Shown piece after piece: positions 62,250 through 64,000 of a stretch of DNA of 64,000 bases. The notes under the pieces were generated by a model that was given only the letters and a program-made list of their open reading frames with translations, was not told the DNA's origin and ran no database searches. The stretch spans positions 383,275-447,274 of the forward strand of contig CAVRUC010000002.1 of NCBI GenBank assembly GCA_963724295.1, given 5' to 3'. Both the position numbers and the translations under genes were made by a program. The DNA comes from an uncultured Chloroflexia bacterium. Lineage in GTDB: Bacteria > Chloroflexota > Chloroflexia > Thermomicrobiales > UBA6265. How positions within the stretch are numbered: the stretch's first letter is position 1; each line of letters begins with the position of its first letter.

Positions 62250-62278
62250 TCACTCTGCACGGCACACGGGCAAACCCA

Positions 62279-62476
62279 ATGGATCAGGACCACTTCGACG
62301 TCATCGACACGGCGTCGGCGCAGTCGTTTCCGGCTAGCGACCCGCCCGCCTGGGCCACCGGCCAGCGGTTCCCCGCAGCGCCCGCGGAGCGTCAGGCTGG
62401 GGAGGGAGTCAGCGAAACCGACCCGGAGGAGACGGCCGACGGACGCGGGAAGAGACATGCAACACGATGCGAATGA
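62279..62476 (+). CDS. small protein with SFPASDPP motif
   Basis: DVIDTASAQSFPASDPPAW. Confidence 0.6.
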   Translation: MDQDHFDVIDTASAQSFPASDPPAWATGQRFPAAPAERQAGEGVSETDPEETADGRGKRHATRCE

Positions 62477-62659
62477 AAGAATCGCCGCTCGTGAATGGAA
62501 TTCGCTGTCGCACGGTACTCCGCAGTTCCGAGAACCGGTTTCAAAACTCGTCCGAGAACCTGTAGCCACCGCGAGCGGCTTGAGCGCCGCCCATTTTCTC
62601 TTCTACAGACGTCCCGTGCGATTCGGAACCGAGACGATCCGTCGCCGGCGTTCTGGCCC

Positions 62660-62830
62660 TCATAATCTTACCGACGTTGCGCTGCACCGTGCGCCGTCCG
62701 TGATCCGGCCCACCGAGAGGTTGATGGCTTGACCGGTGATGCCTCGAGCCTCATCCGAAGCCAGGTTGCGGGCCAGCACGGCGATCTCCGACGGATCGAG
62801 GCGCCGCCTTGAGCGTATGCCGTAGGCGAA
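62660..62830 (-). pseudogene. C-terminal remnant of an SDR oxidoreductase
   Basis: RRLDPSEIA...LASDEARGITGQAINLSVG. Confidence 0.55.
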
Positions 62831-62900
62831 AACGGCGATCCACTGCGGGATAATCACCGGGTTCGGCGTTTACGACGATGGCTTAACACCGGGAGGGCAG

Positions 62901-63461
62901 ATGTCGGACTCTTCGGAGGCGTGGCTCCTCACATTGCAGCGGTTGCGCCGGGAGCAGAACACGGCGGAAGCCGCGGTGGCTCGAAAAACCCAGGAGCACC
63001 AGGCCACCGCGGACGCGTGGGCAAGCCGCGTGGTCAGACCCGCGTTCGCGACCCTGGCGCAGCACTTCAACCAAGGCAGTGACACGCGGTCGCTCGTGGT
63101 GCGCCCCGACCTGCCCCAGGAGAGTTTGTCGCGGGGGCAGTCACGAGGGATTGGGGTGGTCAGTGGGAGCCCTCGGGAGCGCCCTCAAGGGGATTACCAT
63201 CAGGTCGGTGTCGAGGTGGTCCGTGAGGGTCGCAGAGAGTTCGTCTATTACCTCCTGATCAGCGCTGATGAGGCGGGGATCGCGGTCCGAAAAGTGGTGA
63301 CCGATGCGGACGCCGAACAGTCAGAGGCGAATGCGGGGGTCAAAGCGGCACCCCTCCCTCCGGACATCTCTCCTGAGACGCTCACAGCCGACACCAGGGA
63401 GGTGCTCATCAACGACTTCCTGGCTGAGTATGCGACGTTCTACAAGCTCTCGCCGTCATAA
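62901..63461 (+). CDS. hypothetical protein
   Basis: GGAGGG SD, 186-aa ORF. Confidence 0.6.
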   Translation: MSDSSEAWLLTLQRLRREQNTAEAAVARKTQEHQATADAWASRVVRPAFATLAQHFNQGSDTRSLVVRPDLPQESLSRGQSRGIGVVSGSPRERPQGDYHQVGVEVVREGRREFVYYLLISADEAGIAVRKVVTDADAEQSEANAGVKAAPLPPDISPETLTADTREVLINDFLAEYATFYKLSPS

Positions 63462-63551
63462 CCCTCGCGCGTTCCACTTGCCGAAGAGGCGATGCGGCCG
63501 AGGCCGCGTTCACCGCAGGGTCCGAGCGTCGTCACGAGAGAGATCAGTGCC

Positions 63552-63914
63552 ATGAGTGGGGCATGGAACCGAGGCGATCGCGATGTGTCTTCCCGCACGC
63601 CGTTACACGGTGGGGAGCACGCGGGGCATAGCAACGACCGCGGAGCGCGGCAGACCCGCCACATCCTTCTCGGGGTCAGCCACGCCTCCGACGATCCGGC
63701 GCGGCACCGTCTCTTTGAGATCCGCGCGACCTATGACCAAGCGGCCAACGGGTGGGTGGCCCAGGTCGCCGAACAGAACCGCAACGAGCAGCCGGGAGCC
63801 TGGGCGGCGGAGGTGCTGATGGACGGGATTCGGTCCCACGTCTTCCCCACGGCGGCGACCTGTCTTGGGGATGCCGTGACGAGCGTCGTCACCCTGGTCG
63901 ACCGGGAGGCGTAG
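63552..63914 (+). CDS. hypothetical protein
   Basis: ORF with FEIRATYDQAANGWVAQVAEQN; start uncertain. Confidence 0.5.
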   Translation: MSGAWNRGDRDVSSRTPLHGGEHAGHSNDRGARQTRHILLGVSHASDDPARHRLFEIRATYDQAANGWVAQVAEQNRNEQPGAWAAEVLMDGIRSHVFPTAATCLGDAVTSVVTLVDREA

Positions 63915-64000
63915 GTCCCCGGAGCCGCCAGCCGTCATGGTCGACGCAGATACGTGCATCAGCCCGCGCCATCGCCACCACATCGTCCGCCGTGAACCGC

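Larger units (their letters stand above)
53692..64000. mobile_element. putative genomic island integrated in comM (other end and integrase outside the window)
   Basis: Abrupt comM junction followed by short hypothetical and fragmented genes. Confidence 0.45.

Overview
This is a GC-rich bacterial window, most likely Chloroflexota/Thermomicrobiales. That assignment is an inference from many Tat substrates with 'QxATPx' motifs and from the gene content. About ten genes have single-base frameshifts, which suggests long-read assembly error. The standout feature is at 1.74-2.16 kb: five tandem Shine-Dalgarno + ATG ACG TGG GAY units. Four encode the tetrapeptide Met-Thr-Trp-Asp and one encodes a 17-aa extended variant. 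They lie downstream of a sigma70-like promoter, between a divergent PAS-GGDEF-EAL gene and a membrane-sensor HD-GYP gene that is convergent with an MFS exporter, so this is a candidate minigene-encoded peptide signalling system coupled to c-di-GMP. Other notable features: a cation/H+ antiporter whose C-terminal rhodanese domain continues through an in-frame UGA (CxU) followed by a SECIS-like hairpin; an ECF42 sigma factor with four exact TGTCGA-N17-CGAC promoters nearby; a perfect CelR/CebR operator upstream of a LacI + Opp-family ABC operon; a tyrosinase with a His-free MelC1-like partner; and a comM 3' fragment that probably marks the edge of an integrated element occupying the last ~10 kb. 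The remainder is metabolic and transport genes.
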